DNA from: Malacoraja senta
Lineage: Eukaryota
Length of the DNA stretch: 64,000 bases
Reading direction: 5' to 3'
Assembly (NCBI GenBank): GCA_038087875.1
Contig: CM075990.1
Coordinates: forward strand, 8,310,001 to 8,374,000
The translations under genes and the position numbers were made by a program. Numbering within the stretch: position 1 is the stretch's first letter; each line of letters begins with the position of its first letter. Of this stretch, positions 25,120 to 37,184 are shown one piece after another. The notes under the pieces are model-generated. The model made no database searches. It had not been told where the DNA came from and saw only the letters and a program-made list of their open reading frames with translations.

Positions 25120-25694
25120 TGACCTTACACTTTACCAATCTCTGTCAAATACTGTACTTAAAAGCCTCCGTCAGATCCCCCGGCAATCTACACTATTCCC
25201 CAGAAGAACATCCCAGCCTCTTGAGACAAGTCTCACTTCTGACATTATTCTAGTAAACCTTTTATTCCTTTGAACCTTTCCTTAGTATACTTTGTATACT
25301 TCACAGTAATTATGCATCATTCAGGATCTGAGTAACACAAGCAAGGCCAGCCCCATCTTGCACATCATTTTATTTTATTTCCAAAAATAAACTTTATTCA
25401 GTATAAAAATATATACCAAACAAAGACTGCGCAAAAACTCTTTAGACATTCTCAGCGCCTAGATATTCATTAGTGCCACACCCTTGCCATTCGTGGCCTC
25501 CTGGGGTGATATCACTTCCCTTGTGGGCAGAGATCCCACTGGACTCTGCCCCTCAATGTCCATTGGCATTAATGCTCATGAAGTGAAGGTCAACCATGTT
25601 GTGACCTTACACTTTACCAATCTCTGTCAAATACTGTACTTAAAAGCCTCCATCAGATCCCCCGGCAATCTACACTATTCCCCAGAAGAACATC
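25120..25694. repeat. 93-bp direct duplication (25120-25212, 25602-25694)
   Basis: tgaccttacactttacc...cagaagaacatc, one mismatch. Confidence 0.95.
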
Positions 25695-25719
25695 GCGGCA
25701 TGTTGGTGAGTCCAGTGCA

Positions 25720-26765
25720 ACCCATAGCCATGGAGTTATACAGCAGGGAAACAGGCCCTTCCAGCCCAACTTGCCCATGCCAACCAAGATGCCCATTCTA
25801 TACTAATCCTACCGGTCCCACCAGATATTTGTCCCATACCCCTCTAAGTTGTTCCTATCCATGTACCTGTCCAAATGTTGGTATCGTACCTGTCCCAACT
25901 CCTCTTCTGGTAGCTCGTTCCATATACCTACCGCCATCTGTGTGAAAATGTTCCCCCTAAGATTCCTTTAAAATCTTTCACCTCTCACCTTAAACCTTTA
26001 ACCTCTGGTTCTTGATATCCCATACTCTGGGCAAGAAACTATGTGCATCCACCCTATCATTTCCCTTCATGATTTTTTATACACCGCCATAAGATTACCT
26101 CTTAGCCTCCTGTGCTTCAAGGAATAAAATCCTAGCCTGCCCAACCTCTCCCTTTAGCTCAGGCCCTGAAGTCCTGGCAACATCCTTGTAAACCTTCTCT
26201 GCGCTCCTTCCGGCTAAAAAAAATCCTTCCTTTAGTAGGGTCAAGTCAAGTCAAGTCAAGTCAAGTGAGTTTATTGTCATGTGTCCCTGATAGGACAATG
26301 AAATTGTTGCATTGCTTCAGCACACAGAACATAGTAGGCATTTACTACAAAACAGATCAGTGTGTCCATATACCATAATATAAATATATACACACATGAA
26401 TAAATAAACTGATAAATTGCAGATAACAGATAATGGGTTATTAATAATCAGAGTTTTGTCCGAGCCAGGTTTAATAGCCTGATGGCTGTGGGGAAGTAGC
26501 TATTGCTGAACCTGGTTGTTGCAGTCTTCAGGCTCCTGTACCTTCTGGGTGATCGTAACTGAACACAATACTCCAAATTTGGTCTCACCAATGTCTTGTG
26601 AAACTATAACATAGCATCCCAACCTCTATACTCAGCATTCCAACTGATGAAGGCTAATGTGCCGAGAGCCTTCTTGACTAGCCAATGACGCCACCTTCAA
26701 GGCACTATGTACCTGCACTCCTGGATCCCTCTGTTCTACAACACTTCCCAAAGCTCTGCCATGCA
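25720..26765 (-). mobile_element. CR1 3' fragment
   Basis: Reverse 3' UTR (ggaaacaggccctt..cccaact) and ORF2 C-terminus. Confidence 0.8.
26242..26546 (-). mobile_element. Rex1/Babar 3' end nested in CR1
   Basis: (caagt)n tail, tttattgtcatgtgtcc...ggacaatgaaatt hairpin; gggt on both sides. Confidence 0.75.
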
Positions 26766-26840
26766 TTGTGAAGGCTGGGGAAGGATGGACTTCCTCTCTT
26801 TAAGGCAATCGTGAGCCAAATGAATTCCTACAGCAAATGG

Positions 26841-26998
26841 AGAAAAGGAATAAGTGACGTTTCGGGTCGAGACCCTTCTTCTTGATCCGAAACGTCATCT
26901 ATTCCTTTTCTCCAGAGATGCTGTCAGAGCCACTGAGTTGCTCCAGCTTTTTTCGCCTATCTTCTGTTTAAACCAGCATCCGTAGTTCCTTCATACAC
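26841..26998. mobile_element. Penelope-derived element with short inverted arm
   Basis: gacgtttcgggtc...gatccgaaacgtc; imperfect TSD attcctacagcaaatgg / attcctacgataaatgg. Confidence 0.8.
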
Positions 26999-27654
26999 AT
27001 TCCTACGATAAATGGTATAGTTGTAGTTATCATGACAAATGACTGGTATTTTTATTAATTTCTATTTTAGTTTCTGACTAACTGCTTACATTTCTTAGCT
27101 GCTATGGTGCGATTTGATCTCCAACCTCTGAATTAATAGACTCATAATTTAACTGCCACATAACCACCATAATGTAATTTGGGGATTAGAACTGCTCTAT
27201 GATTTTCAGATGTAGGCTGAGCTGAGTTGTCGTACATTTAATATCATTTTCCTGCTTTATATTCTGTCCCCCTAGAAGTTGTTTGCACTTGTCAGTAGAT
27301 CCATTAACCTGGACCATTCATTTAACTGCTCTGTGTGTATGCATCACTAAATCCCTTTGCTCCTTCATCCCTTTTAGTTATTGTTTTGCAAGGGCTATTT
27401 GGCCTCTTTATTCTTCCCTAGTTATAAAAAAACTAATTATACTACTAGTTATAAAAACTAACAAGGGAGTCTTCAATACTCAGCAAGAAGTGAGGAACAA
27501 TAATGAGGTAATTACTCAGTTGCTCTATAACTGAGCTGTTGTTTAGGGCAGGAATGTGGTCCAGGAAACTAATGGAACCCTCTTCACTTTTACAACCGTG
27601 TCGCACATAACTGTACATGGGACACATGGTGCCCGCACAATACTCCGTCTGGAG

Positions 27655-27790
27655 AACGGTTCTTCTGATAATGCAGCACCCCTCTCTGCTAGACCATAGT
27701 TTCAACCCGGATATGGGCCCAAAATCAGGTCTAGAGCTGGAATGGGAACCAGGGATAACACCAATTGCTTTTTGACTATTCAAGAGTAAG
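27655..27790 (-). repeat. Possible ancient DeuSINE-like remnant
   Basis: ctgataatgcagcacccctc...ggaacc resembles remembered SacSINE1/AmnSINE1-type sequence; weak. Confidence 0.3.
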
Positions 27791-27799
27791 GTCAATAAA

Positions 27800-28430
27800 C
27801 TAGAGATGAGTATTTCAAGTGCCTGGTTTTAGACCCGGATGAAGTGTTTGGAGGGAGAGGGAGTGTCACATCGCACAGGGATTTTACCTGGTGAGACGCA
27901 GGAGGAGCCGGGCTCAGAAGCATCCCATAGAGCCCGAAGCCTCCAAGTGGCGCAACTAGTCCCCCAGAACAGACCACTGGAGAAGGTTCGAGTCAAATGG
28001 CCACAGGCCTGCAAGACGTCAGTCTGGCATCAGTTCGACGAGGACATCGACCAAGTACGAAGAGCTGGTCATAGACTGCCGTAAGCAGGGCTTGGAAGGC
28101 AAGGTGTATGCCCATTGAGGTTGGCTGCAGAGGTTTTGCAGGTCGATCGCTCTACAAAGCCTTGAGTGCACTGGGCATCAACGGAATGGAGAGGAGAAGA
28201 GCCATAAAGAACACCACAGAGGCAGCGGAGAAGGCCTTGAGATGGCTCTGGATCAGGAGAGGAGGTCCATGGGGAAGAGTGAATGCCACCTGAACACAAG
28301 TCGTGGTCTGATCAACCACGGCTGGGTCACCTGGGTGTGGGTGTCTGATGTTGAAAGACCCGAAACACCCAATGACCCCGGGTTACATGACTGATGATGT
28401 GTTCAGGAGCATCAATAGATGTTTTTTTTT
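27800..28430 (+). mobile_element. Hero-clade (RLE) non-LTR retrotransposon, internally deleted
   Basis: N-terminal RVKWP..WHQFDEDIDQV joined to KYEELV..IEVGCRGF..EAAEKALRWLWIRR and 3' UTR. Confidence 0.75.
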
Positions 28431-28659
28431 AATCAATTAATTGAAAACTTAACAAGTTTGGACAATTGGCTTTGCAATTTCTTATAGGCAATGAGGAAAT
28501 TAAATAATAAGATAGATGCAATGGAATACAGTGCAATATAAGATATTTGTATTTACTTGGACTTTTTTTCATCTTGTAACTATTCCTTCAGTAGATTGTC
28601 AAATAATACAACAGTTGTATGGATGCAGTTTACTAATCGACAAGAAAGTTTTCCTTGCA

Positions 28660-29273
28660 GCGGAGGTACAGTGGTGGAGCTGTAGAGCTGCTACCTTAAA
28701 GGGCCTGTCCCACTGTACAAGGTAATTCAAGAGTTCTCCTGAGTTTCCCCTGATTCGAACTTGGAGAATTACGGTAATAGCCGCTCGTAGGCACTCGGGG
28801 CGCTCGTGGACATTTTTCACACCGTTGAAAAAACTTCACGGGCTTACCGCGTTTCCCGAGTACCTGCCGTTAGCGTTACGAGCCGCTAAGAGACGTCCCG
28901 AGCTCCGACGTACCTGCTACGTTCATTCTACGTACTTACCATGAGTTAGATTTTTTTTTTTAACTCGGGAGAGCTCTTGGGTAAACTCGTATAGTGGGGC
29001 AGGCCCATAACAATGCCAGAGATCCCAGTTCGATCCTGACTACTGGTGCAACCTATGAGGAGTTTAAATGTTCTCCTGTTCTCCCTGTGACCACGTGGGT
29101 TTTCTTCCGGGTGCCCCTGGTTTCCTCCCACATTCCAAAGATGTGCAGGGCTGCAGGTTAATTGGCTTCTGTAAGTTGTCCCTCGTGTGTTGGATGGGAA
29201 GCTGGGGTAACAGAGAACTAGTGTACGGGTGATCGTTGAACGGCCGAAGGGCCTGTTTCTGTGCTGTATCTCC
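28660..29273 (+). mobile_element. HE1-type SINE split by a MITE
   Basis: Head 28660-28698, body resumes caatgccagag at 29011. Confidence 0.85.
28700..29007. mobile_element. MITE (agggcctgtcccact TIR), PIF/Harbinger-like
   Basis: taa|agggcctgtcccact...agtggggcaggccca|taa. Confidence 0.85.
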
Positions 29274-29524
29274 AAAGGAGGAGGAGGATTGGTTTCAAAG
29301 TAGTGTACAGTTTGCTGGTTGCCAAGCACACGACAAAAAACTTTAGATTTAGGTTGCATTCCTACCTAGTTGGATCTCTGGTGTGTAAAGTAGAATTGAA
29401 GAATTTTAGGGATCATGATGATTCCATCTTTCTGAACAGGAGGAGGGTATCAGATGAGAAAGGCAGAACCTAGAATAGGTTTACTACTCTAACTATTTGC
29501 CTTGGCATCTTCCTGTCTTGGACT

Positions 29525-29852
29525 TAGAAACATAGAAAATAGGTGCAGGAGTAGGCCATTCGGCCCTTCGAGTCTGCACCGCCATTCAATATGATCATGG
29601 CTGATCATCCAAAATCAGTACCCTGTTCCTGCTTTCTCCCCATATCATAAGGTCATAAGGAATAGGAGTAGAACCTGGCCATTTAGCTCATCGTCTACCC
29701 CGCCATTCAATCGTGTCTGATTTATCGCTCCGCCCTAACCCCATTCTCCTGCCTTCTCCCCATAATCTCTGACACCTGTACTAATCAAGAACCTATCTAT
29801 CTCTGCCTTAAAAATATCCACTGACTTGGCCTCCACAGCCTCTGTGGCAAAG
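29525..29852 (-). mobile_element. Two stacked CR1 3' UTR fragments of different subfamilies
   Basis: tagaaacatagaaaatagg... then cataaggtcataagg... Confidence 0.85.
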
Positions 29853-29964
29853 TTGCTGTTCCATTGGCACACATTTGGTCATTCATGAGGCTATACCTAG
29901 TGTTGCCAGCACCTGTCGCCTCCCTGGTTACATCAGGCCCTCCCTGACTGCGGGAACTTTAGCT

Positions 29965-30275
29965 TTTAGTTTTAATTTTTAATTTTTAGTTTTAAAGATA
30001 CAGCGTGGAAACAGGCCCTTTAGCCCACCAGGTCTGTGCTGACCAGCAATCTCCCATGTACTTGTTCTATCCTGCACACCAGGGACAATTTACAGAAACC
30101 AATTAACCTACAAACCTGCACTTCTTTGGAAAGTGGGAGGAAACCAGAACACCTGGAGAGAGCCCACACATATCACGGGGAGGACGTACAAACTCAGTAA
30201 AGACAGCACCTGTAGTCGGGATCGAACCTGCATCTCTGGCACTGTAATGCAGCAACTCTACCGCTGCGCCACTGT
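29965..30275 (-). mobile_element. HE1-type SINE
   Basis: Full reverse copy. Confidence 0.88.
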
Positions 30276-30825
30276 GAAGCCTTAAAGCCATTTTGTACAA
30301 AAGTGGGTCCACAATTTCCAGCCAAATGGCAAACTGCATTGTCTCAGGAGCTTTGTGTGAAATATTTGCTCCCGCAGGATGGCCACGGCTTTGAGGAAAA
30401 GCTGACAATCTCTCCCCAGCGCATTAGCAAATATTTACCGCTTAATGTTTTCAACATGAACACTCCTTAAAGAAAGGGCAGAATTAAACTTCCCTGGGAC
30501 CAGAGCCTGAAGGCATTTGTATAAATTGAAGTGACTGTAATTATACTGTTTTTAATTGAGTTTCTGTGGCTGTGCTTCATTAGAGTGAGAGCTGACTTGT
30601 TATTGATCAAGACTACTGAGAATGTCGGATCCTGTTAGGCATAAAAAGCAGAAACACATAGTGTCAGTGTCCAACAGGTTATTGGCATGAAGTGAATGCC
30701 CTGGTGTCTCATTGATTAGTTCTGAGGGAACAATTAGTGCAGGCACCACTGGGTTTTAGACGTCAGTGAATAAGTGTGACACAGATTTACATGCACTGAA
30801 AGAACTGAGAGATGCAGGGGTTGCT

Positions 30826-31150
30826 GGGCCGGACAGTGGCGCAGCTGGTAGAGCTGCTGCCTCTCAGCACCAGAGGCCCAGGTTCGATCCTGACCTCGGG
30901 TGCTGACTATGTGGAGTTTGCACGCTCTCCCATGGGACTACATGTGTTTCGTCTGGATGCTCCAGTTTCCTCCCACATCCCGAGGAGGTATAGGTTTGTA
31001 GTTGAACAGACCTCTGTAAATTGCCCTTTGTTTGTCGAGACTGGATGCAAAAGTGGGATAGCGTAGAACCAGTGTGAATGGGTGATCGATGGTCGACATG
31101 GATTCAGTGGGCCGAAGAGCCTGTTTCCATTCTGTATTGCTAAATTAAAC
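30826..31150 (+). mobile_element. HE1-type SINE
   Basis: A box tggcgcagctgg, B box ggttcgatcc. Confidence 0.88.
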
Positions 31151-31544
31151 GGAAGGAACCTATTTAAATTAAACTAAAGGAACCTGAGGTGCTCAGGATG
31201 TACACTCTTTAAGCAGTTATTCTGAAAGAGTGCAGTCAGATGGCCATGAGAATTAAGCAACCTAATTTTCTTAACCTGGCTTTACCCCGCTATCCCAGGT
31301 TGCACCACGATAGGTATTGTGTAGGTAAAGACAACATTCCCTCCACACTTGGTGTGGAATTGTAACATTGGCAAAAGTGTGATTGGCAACTAGAGCACCT
31401 GGTCAAGTTTTTTGGGTGACAAGATTCAACCTGGACATTGTTACAATCACATTCTGGTCTTGAAGTAACAATTCTCATACATGTGGCCCTCTTAAAAACA
31501 CAATGGTCATGAATTTTTGGTATTATATCCGACATGGATTCATG

Positions 31545-31742
31545 GAAAGAGATTGAACTTTTTTTCACCTTTCATCACAGTGAGGAATGTGGAGGAGTCA
31601 TTGTGGTGGATGTTCATGTTAAAATGTATTGTGTGTCTTCTGTTGCTTTTTATTAATATGACCGTCTGGCAAATCAAATTCCTCGTATGTTGCAAAAGTA
31701 TATTGGTAATAAAGTGTGATTGATTGATTGATTGATTGATTA
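31545..31742 (+). mobile_element. Retroposon 3' end, same family as 56111-56584
   Basis: catcacagtgaggaatg..gaggagtca..gtggtggatg, aataaa, (tgat)n tail. Confidence 0.7.
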
Positions 31743-31744
31743 TC

Positions 31745-32172
31745 AGGTTAAAACTGGGAGTAAGTCAATGCTCACAGGCTGGCAGACTGTGACGTGTTTG
31801 GGTGTTGCATGGACTGATATTTCTATTCCCAACTATTCACAATCTATATCAGCAACTAGTTGCGGCAACCAATTGTTATATTGCCAAGTTTGCTGAAGGT
31901 ATTAAACTCGGTGGGATTGTATGTGCAGAGAAGGAGGTAAAGAGGATTAAAGGGGAAAGGTTTAAAGAGGTAGGGGCCAAATGCTGGTAAATGGGACCAG
32001 CTTAGATGGGGCATTTTGGTCAACATGGACAAGTTGGGCCGTAGGGCCTGTTCCTGTGTAAAATGGGGCTGTTGTTGGAAAATGTATGAGTCAAACAGTC
32101 ACGATCTTGATGAAAGACAGAGCAAATGTGAAGGGCCAGATGCCTACTCTTGCTTCTATTTCGCAGGTTCTT
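31745..32172 (+). mobile_element. Old CR1 remnants
   Basis: IAKFAEGIKLGG and 3' UTR pieces. Confidence 0.6.
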
Positions 32173-32616
32173 AGATCTATGAATTTTAACTTGACATATT
32201 TCAGAGAGCCTTTTTAAAAGAACAAATCCTGATTTTTATTTGAGACACACTCTCGTGGTAAATACATTTCTGTGCAGCTGTGACAAATTTAATGCGATTT
32301 CATTTAGCTGCTTTGACGTTATTTATTCAGCAACTTTCTTGGTCAACCTTGCAGCATTCCCTCAGCACGATGCTAAAAATACCTCCAGAAATACAGCGCC
32401 TTCCCATTACAGTAATATAGATATCTCTTGGAAAAATGTGACGCCCACTCATTATTGCTCTGGAATATCTCTGACAAAACAGGACTTGATCCATTCTGCC
32501 TGCGGTGGATGCAGAAAAGACTAAGGCACCAGACATCATCCATTAGTAGTTTTGTACCTGAACTAGCTGTATCTCTAGCCAAGTCTCACTCCAGCTCTTC
32601 CATATAGTTAGAACAT

Positions 32617-33330
32617 GGGCCGGCCTTAAGCCAATTGGACCAATTGCTCCCAATTGGGCCCCGCGCCTAAGGGGGCCCCGCGGTAGAATAATCTACTCTC
32701 AGCTCGGGTAGATCTACCCCGGGTGGAGGGGGGAGAGAGGTGTGAAGAGGGAATAGAGGGGTGGAGGGGGAAGAAAGGGGTAGATGGGGAGAGGGGTGTG
32801 AGGGGGAATGGAGAGAGGGAGGTGGGTCGTTCCCTCACGGTCCCGGGGCAGCGCTCCCGCCCAAAGATCATCTTTGCTTCCGCCCCTCCAGTCGCCATGC
32901 TTCACGCACACAGCCCCGGCTCCACCCTCTCTCTCCCCGGGGAGACGCGGTGAACAATACAGGGAGGGCCGGGCCAGGGGTTGGAGCAACGTTTACAAAC
33001 CTCGGCCTCAGCTCACACCCGTCCACACGGACCCCGGCATCCGCTCCTGCCGCCGGCCCTCTCCCTCCCTTCTCTCCTTCCCTTCCCTCCCTCCCTTCCC
33101 TCCCTCCCTCCCTTCCCTTCTTCCCTCCCTCCCTTCTCTCCTTCCCTCCCTCCCTTCCCTCCCTTCCCTTCTTCCCTCCCTCCCTTCGCTCCTTCCCTCC
33201 CTCCCTTCTTTCTCTACTTCCCTCCCTCTCTTCTCTCCTTCCTCCCTTCTCTCCCTCCCTTCTCTCCTTCCCTCCCACCCTTCTCTCCTTCCCTCCTTGC
33301 TGTGGTTGTCAGATTGAATATACCAGGCCC
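32617..33330. mobile_element. Probable hAT-like non-autonomous element
   Basis: GC-rich palindromic start gggccggcc..gggcccc..ggggccc; end ccaggccc; agaacat on both sides. Confidence 0.5.
33058..33296. repeat. Polypyrimidine (CCCT/CCTT) low-complexity tract
   Basis: Direct inspection. Confidence 0.95.
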
Positions 33331-34161
33331 AGAACATTGCTACAGCTGTTTTTCTCCTGGCAATGTCCTCGTCCAATCCATTCTCACCTATTGACAATAG
33401 ATAATAGGTGCAGGAGTAGGCCATTCGGCCCTTTGAGCCATTCAATGTGATTATGGCTGATCATCCCCAATCAGTACCACATTCCTGCTTCTCCCCACAT
33501 CCCAATAGACAATAGACAATAGACAATTACTTCAGAAATGATCTTCATTCTATCATCAGGTCAGAACTGAGGACCTTTGTTGATGCTTGCACAATGTTCA
33601 GCAGCATCTAGATCACAGATGAAATCCAGAGTTAAGAACCCATGGTAAAGCTGCTATGGGAGGACTCACATTAGGTCTCCTTTCCTACATCGCCTTCATA
33701 GCAATGGCAAGGCACATTTACATTTACTTTAGCAATCTGTTTGGATTTTGCTATGTGTATAGAGTAGAGAAACAAGTGATGAAGTGGGAATGATCTCAAA
33801 GGAAAGAATGGTTTCTTTTTTTTTGTCTCGGCAGGGTTGGGGTGGTGACCTTCCGTAATATTTTGGGGAAGCACGGCTGGGCAAGTCTTCAGGGAAGTGT
33901 ATTTGAGAACTAATGGAGCAGAAATCATGCTCTGGGCTTAATTTTCGAAGCAGATTTCTGATGTGCGATGAAAGCTGCCACTGAAATCCACTAACGGCAG
34001 GTTTGTGTACATAGCCAGAGGCCCTTGCTATGAAACTACTGTGGAAGCTTGGAATTCCCAAGTCTCTTTGTTGTGTGAGTGAATCATCGAGCACCTTGGT
34101 GTTGAAAGCAGCACAGGTGGGATGAAAGCTTGGTTACACGTTGGGTTTGGGTGAAAATGGG

Positions 34162-34688
34162 ATTGAATTGAATTTAATACATGTTATTAGCCAAGTATGT
34201 ATACATACAAGGGATACAAGTAACAACACGATATACAGTAGACAATTAAATATAAAACATTATAATTTAAACATGTGAAGAATGAAATAAAATACCAGAG
34301 CAAAAGGAGGCTACAGACTTTTGGCTGTTGAGTAGAGCTACTGCTTTGGAAAAAAGCTGTTTTTAAGTCTGGCTGTGGCGGCTTTGACAGTCCGGATTCG
34401 CCTTCCAGAGGGAAGTGATTCAAAGAGTTTGTGGCCAGGGTGAGAGGGGTCAGAGATGATCTTACCCGCTCGCTTCCTGACCCTTGCAGTGTACAGTTCG
34501 TCGATGGGGGGAAGGTTGCAGCCAACAACCTTCTCGGCTGATCGAACGATGCGCTGCAGCCTCCGGATGTCGTGTTTGGTGGTTGAGCCAAACCAGACCA
34601 TGATGGAGAAGGTGAGGACAGACTCTATGATGGCTGTATAAAACTGGACCATCATTGCCTGTGGCAGATTGTGTTTCCTCAACTGCCA
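34162..34688 (-). mobile_element. Rex1/Babar 3' fragment
   Basis: FYTAIIESVLTFSIMVWFG...HPGHKLFESLPSGRR...KNSFFP, (attca)n tail. Confidence 0.9.
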
Positions 34689-35437
34689 CTTCTCAGAATA
34701 CAAGCCCGGCAACCACAGCTGGGACAGATGTCTACTACCTACTCATGCTGTAAGAATAATAAGTTGCCCTTCAACTTCCTGTTAAATCTTTTGCCTTTCT
34801 TTTGAAACCTATGTCCTCTGTTCTTAATTCCCCTACTCTGGTTAAAAGACTGGGTGCATTCACTACACCAATCTCCTGCATGATCTTTTACACCTCTCCA
34901 AGATCCCAGCCTCCTGCCCTCCAAGGAATACAGTCCTGGACAGCCCAACGCCTCCTAGTAACTGAGGTCCTCATGCCTTGGCACATGTGCGGGTATTAAA
35001 ACTATGTGGCCAGGGTGCATGCATGTTGACAGAGCTATGCTGTGTCTGTGTCGTCCGTTTGGGTGTGTGTCTGTGTGCATGCACATGTTTATCGATCTGT
35101 GAGTTTGTGTAATCTGGTGATGTGCCCCATGGTGTGTTCACACGTCCAATGCTACTGCTGTTGTAAACTGCGAAGAGTTCAACTCACGTGATGGTGACAG
35201 CAGAAAACATGCGTTTTTGCATTGAATTCAAATTCAATTTGATTAATGAGTCGTTCAGTAAAGGTCAGTGTGAAGATATGAGACTGTGGTAATTAATATC
35301 TGTTAGGGACAACCTCACTGTCTTTAGTCCAATACATGACTCCAGCCCAACACCATCAAAACCCTTTGTGAGCAAATTATTGCACAATTGGACATTGCTG
35401 CTGGTGCTTCACAGGGTCTATTCCACTCATGGGACAT

Positions 35438-35738
35438 ACGATCATAAGTTCATTAGGAATAGGAGTACAATTAGGCCATTTGGCTCATCATGTCTACTCC
35501 ATCATTCAATCATGGCTGATCTATCTCTCCCTCCTAACCCCATCCTCCGGCCTTCTCTCCATAACCTCTGAACTAATCAAGAATCTATCTATCTCTGCCT
35601 TAAAACTATCCACTGACTTGGCCTCCACAGCCTTCTGTGGCAAAGAATTCCACAGATTCACCACCCTCTGACTAAAGAAATTCCTCCTCATCTCCTTCAT
35701 AAAAGAACCTCCTTTAATTCTGAGGCTATGACCTCTAA
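35438..35738 (-). mobile_element. CR1 3' fragment
   Basis: Reverse match to 1173-1602. Confidence 0.88.
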
Positions 35739-35739
35739 C

Positions 35740-36090
35740 CCTTCTCTCCAGAGATGCTGCCTGTCCCGCTGAGTTACTTCAGCTTTTTGCTTCTATCTTC
35801 GGTGTAAACCAGCATCTGCAGTTCCTTCCTACACACAGCTAGATGTCTGTGCCAGGTGTCAGTAGAGATGGTAGTATGATGCTGGGACCCCATGTTTGAG
35901 CAGAACTTGGACCACCCTCTAAACCCACCATGTGCTTGCTCAAGCTTCTGTTTGCCTCTAAATCACCTATGATATGATCTGATATTTCCAGAAGATAGAC
36001 ACAAAATCCTAGAGTAACTCAGCGGGACAGGCAGCATCTCTGGAGAGAAGGAATGCGTGACGTTTCGGGTCGAGACCCTTCTTCAGACTG
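35740..36090. mobile_element. Two Penelope pLTR pieces in opposite orientation (35740-35836 +, 35991-36090 -)
   Basis: Arms are reverse complements, separated by ~155 bp. Confidence 0.8.
36059..36086 (-). ncRNA. Minimal type I hammerhead ribozyme motif (intact)
   Basis: Reverse strand CTGAAGA-A-GGGT(CTCG)ACCC-GAAACGTC. Confidence 0.75.
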
Positions 36091-36095
36091 TGAAG

Positions 36096-36445
36096 ATAAT
36101 AATAATAATAATGGATGGGATTTATATAGGGCCTTTCTAATACTCAAGGCGCTTTACATCGCATTATTCATTCACTCCTCAGTCACACTCGGTGGTGGTA
36201 AGCTACTTCTGTAGCCACAGCTGCCCTGGGGCAGACTGACGGAAGCGTGGCTGCTAATTTGCGCCCATGGCCCCTCCGACCACCACCATTCACTCACACA
36301 CATTCACACACATTCACACGCAGACAAAGGTGGGTGAAGTGTCTTGCCCAAGGACACAACGACAGTATGCACTTCAAGCGGGATTCGAACCGGCTACCTT
36401 CCGGTTGCCAGCCGAACACTTAGCCCATTGCGCCATCTGTCGTCC
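36096..36445 (-). mobile_element. tRNA-derived SINE with CORE-like centre and L2-type tail (not HE1)
   Basis: A box tggcgcaatgg, B box ggttcgaatcc, gtgtccttgggcaagacac, gtaaagcgccttgag...tatataaat, (att)n. Confidence 0.85.
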
Positions 36446-36451
36446 ATCATC

Positions 36452-36728
36452 TCCTTTAAGAAGGAGTTGATAAGGAATGTCTTTAGTCAGAGGGTGGTGA
36501 ATCTGTGGAATTCTTTGCCACAGAAGGCTGTGGAGGCCAAGTCAATGGACATTTTTAAGACATAGATAGATAGATTCTTGATTAGTACGGGTGTCAGGGG
36601 TGATGGGGAGAAGGAAGGAGAATGGAGTTAGGAGGGAGAGATATATCCGCCACGATTGAATGGTGGAGTAGAATTGATGGGCCGAATGAGCTAATTGTGC
36701 TCCTATCATTGATGACCTTATGACCTAT
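36452..36728 (+). mobile_element. CR1 3' fragment
   Basis: FSQRVVNLWNSLPQKAVEA plus 3' UTR. Confidence 0.88.
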
Positions 36729-37184
36729 GTCCCCTCTCTCTGATGCCAAATGAGTTTCAGACTATAGATCAAATAAACATCTTCAAGTAAATTATTTTGA
36801 AAAACTCAATAGTTCCAACATCAGGATGAGATTTGCCACTGCAGACTGGAGGACGTGATGCCTCATATGATTTAAGGGCATGTCAAGGCCTGAAATTACA
36901 GGGAGAACAGAAAATAGCATTTCACAAAATTGTTATGAACTAACTTTTCTGCTGAATTCAAAAGAAAATTAAGAGCTGGTAAAAATGATGAAATCTTGCA
37001 GTGTTTGTTAACTGATACTGAAGAGAAGGCGAGAGGCCATAATTCACTCTGTCTTGGAGATAATTTCAATTTATACTCTGTCTGTGCACAGAATAACAGA
37101 GAAGAAGAATGAAAGACTTTACAGTGACTAAAGTGCTGGCATTGTGAAAATATAAGATTCGGGACTGGATCCAAAGAGCGGTGG

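Noticed and set aside
28340..28415. ctgatg..cgaaac..ctgatga in the Hero 3' UTR as a hammerhead
   Set aside because: Box order and helices do not fit type I, II or III by eye
32626..33450. Overlapping 90-229 aa ORFs on both strands
   Set aside because: Arise from a GC-rich element and a polypyrimidine tract that lack stop codons
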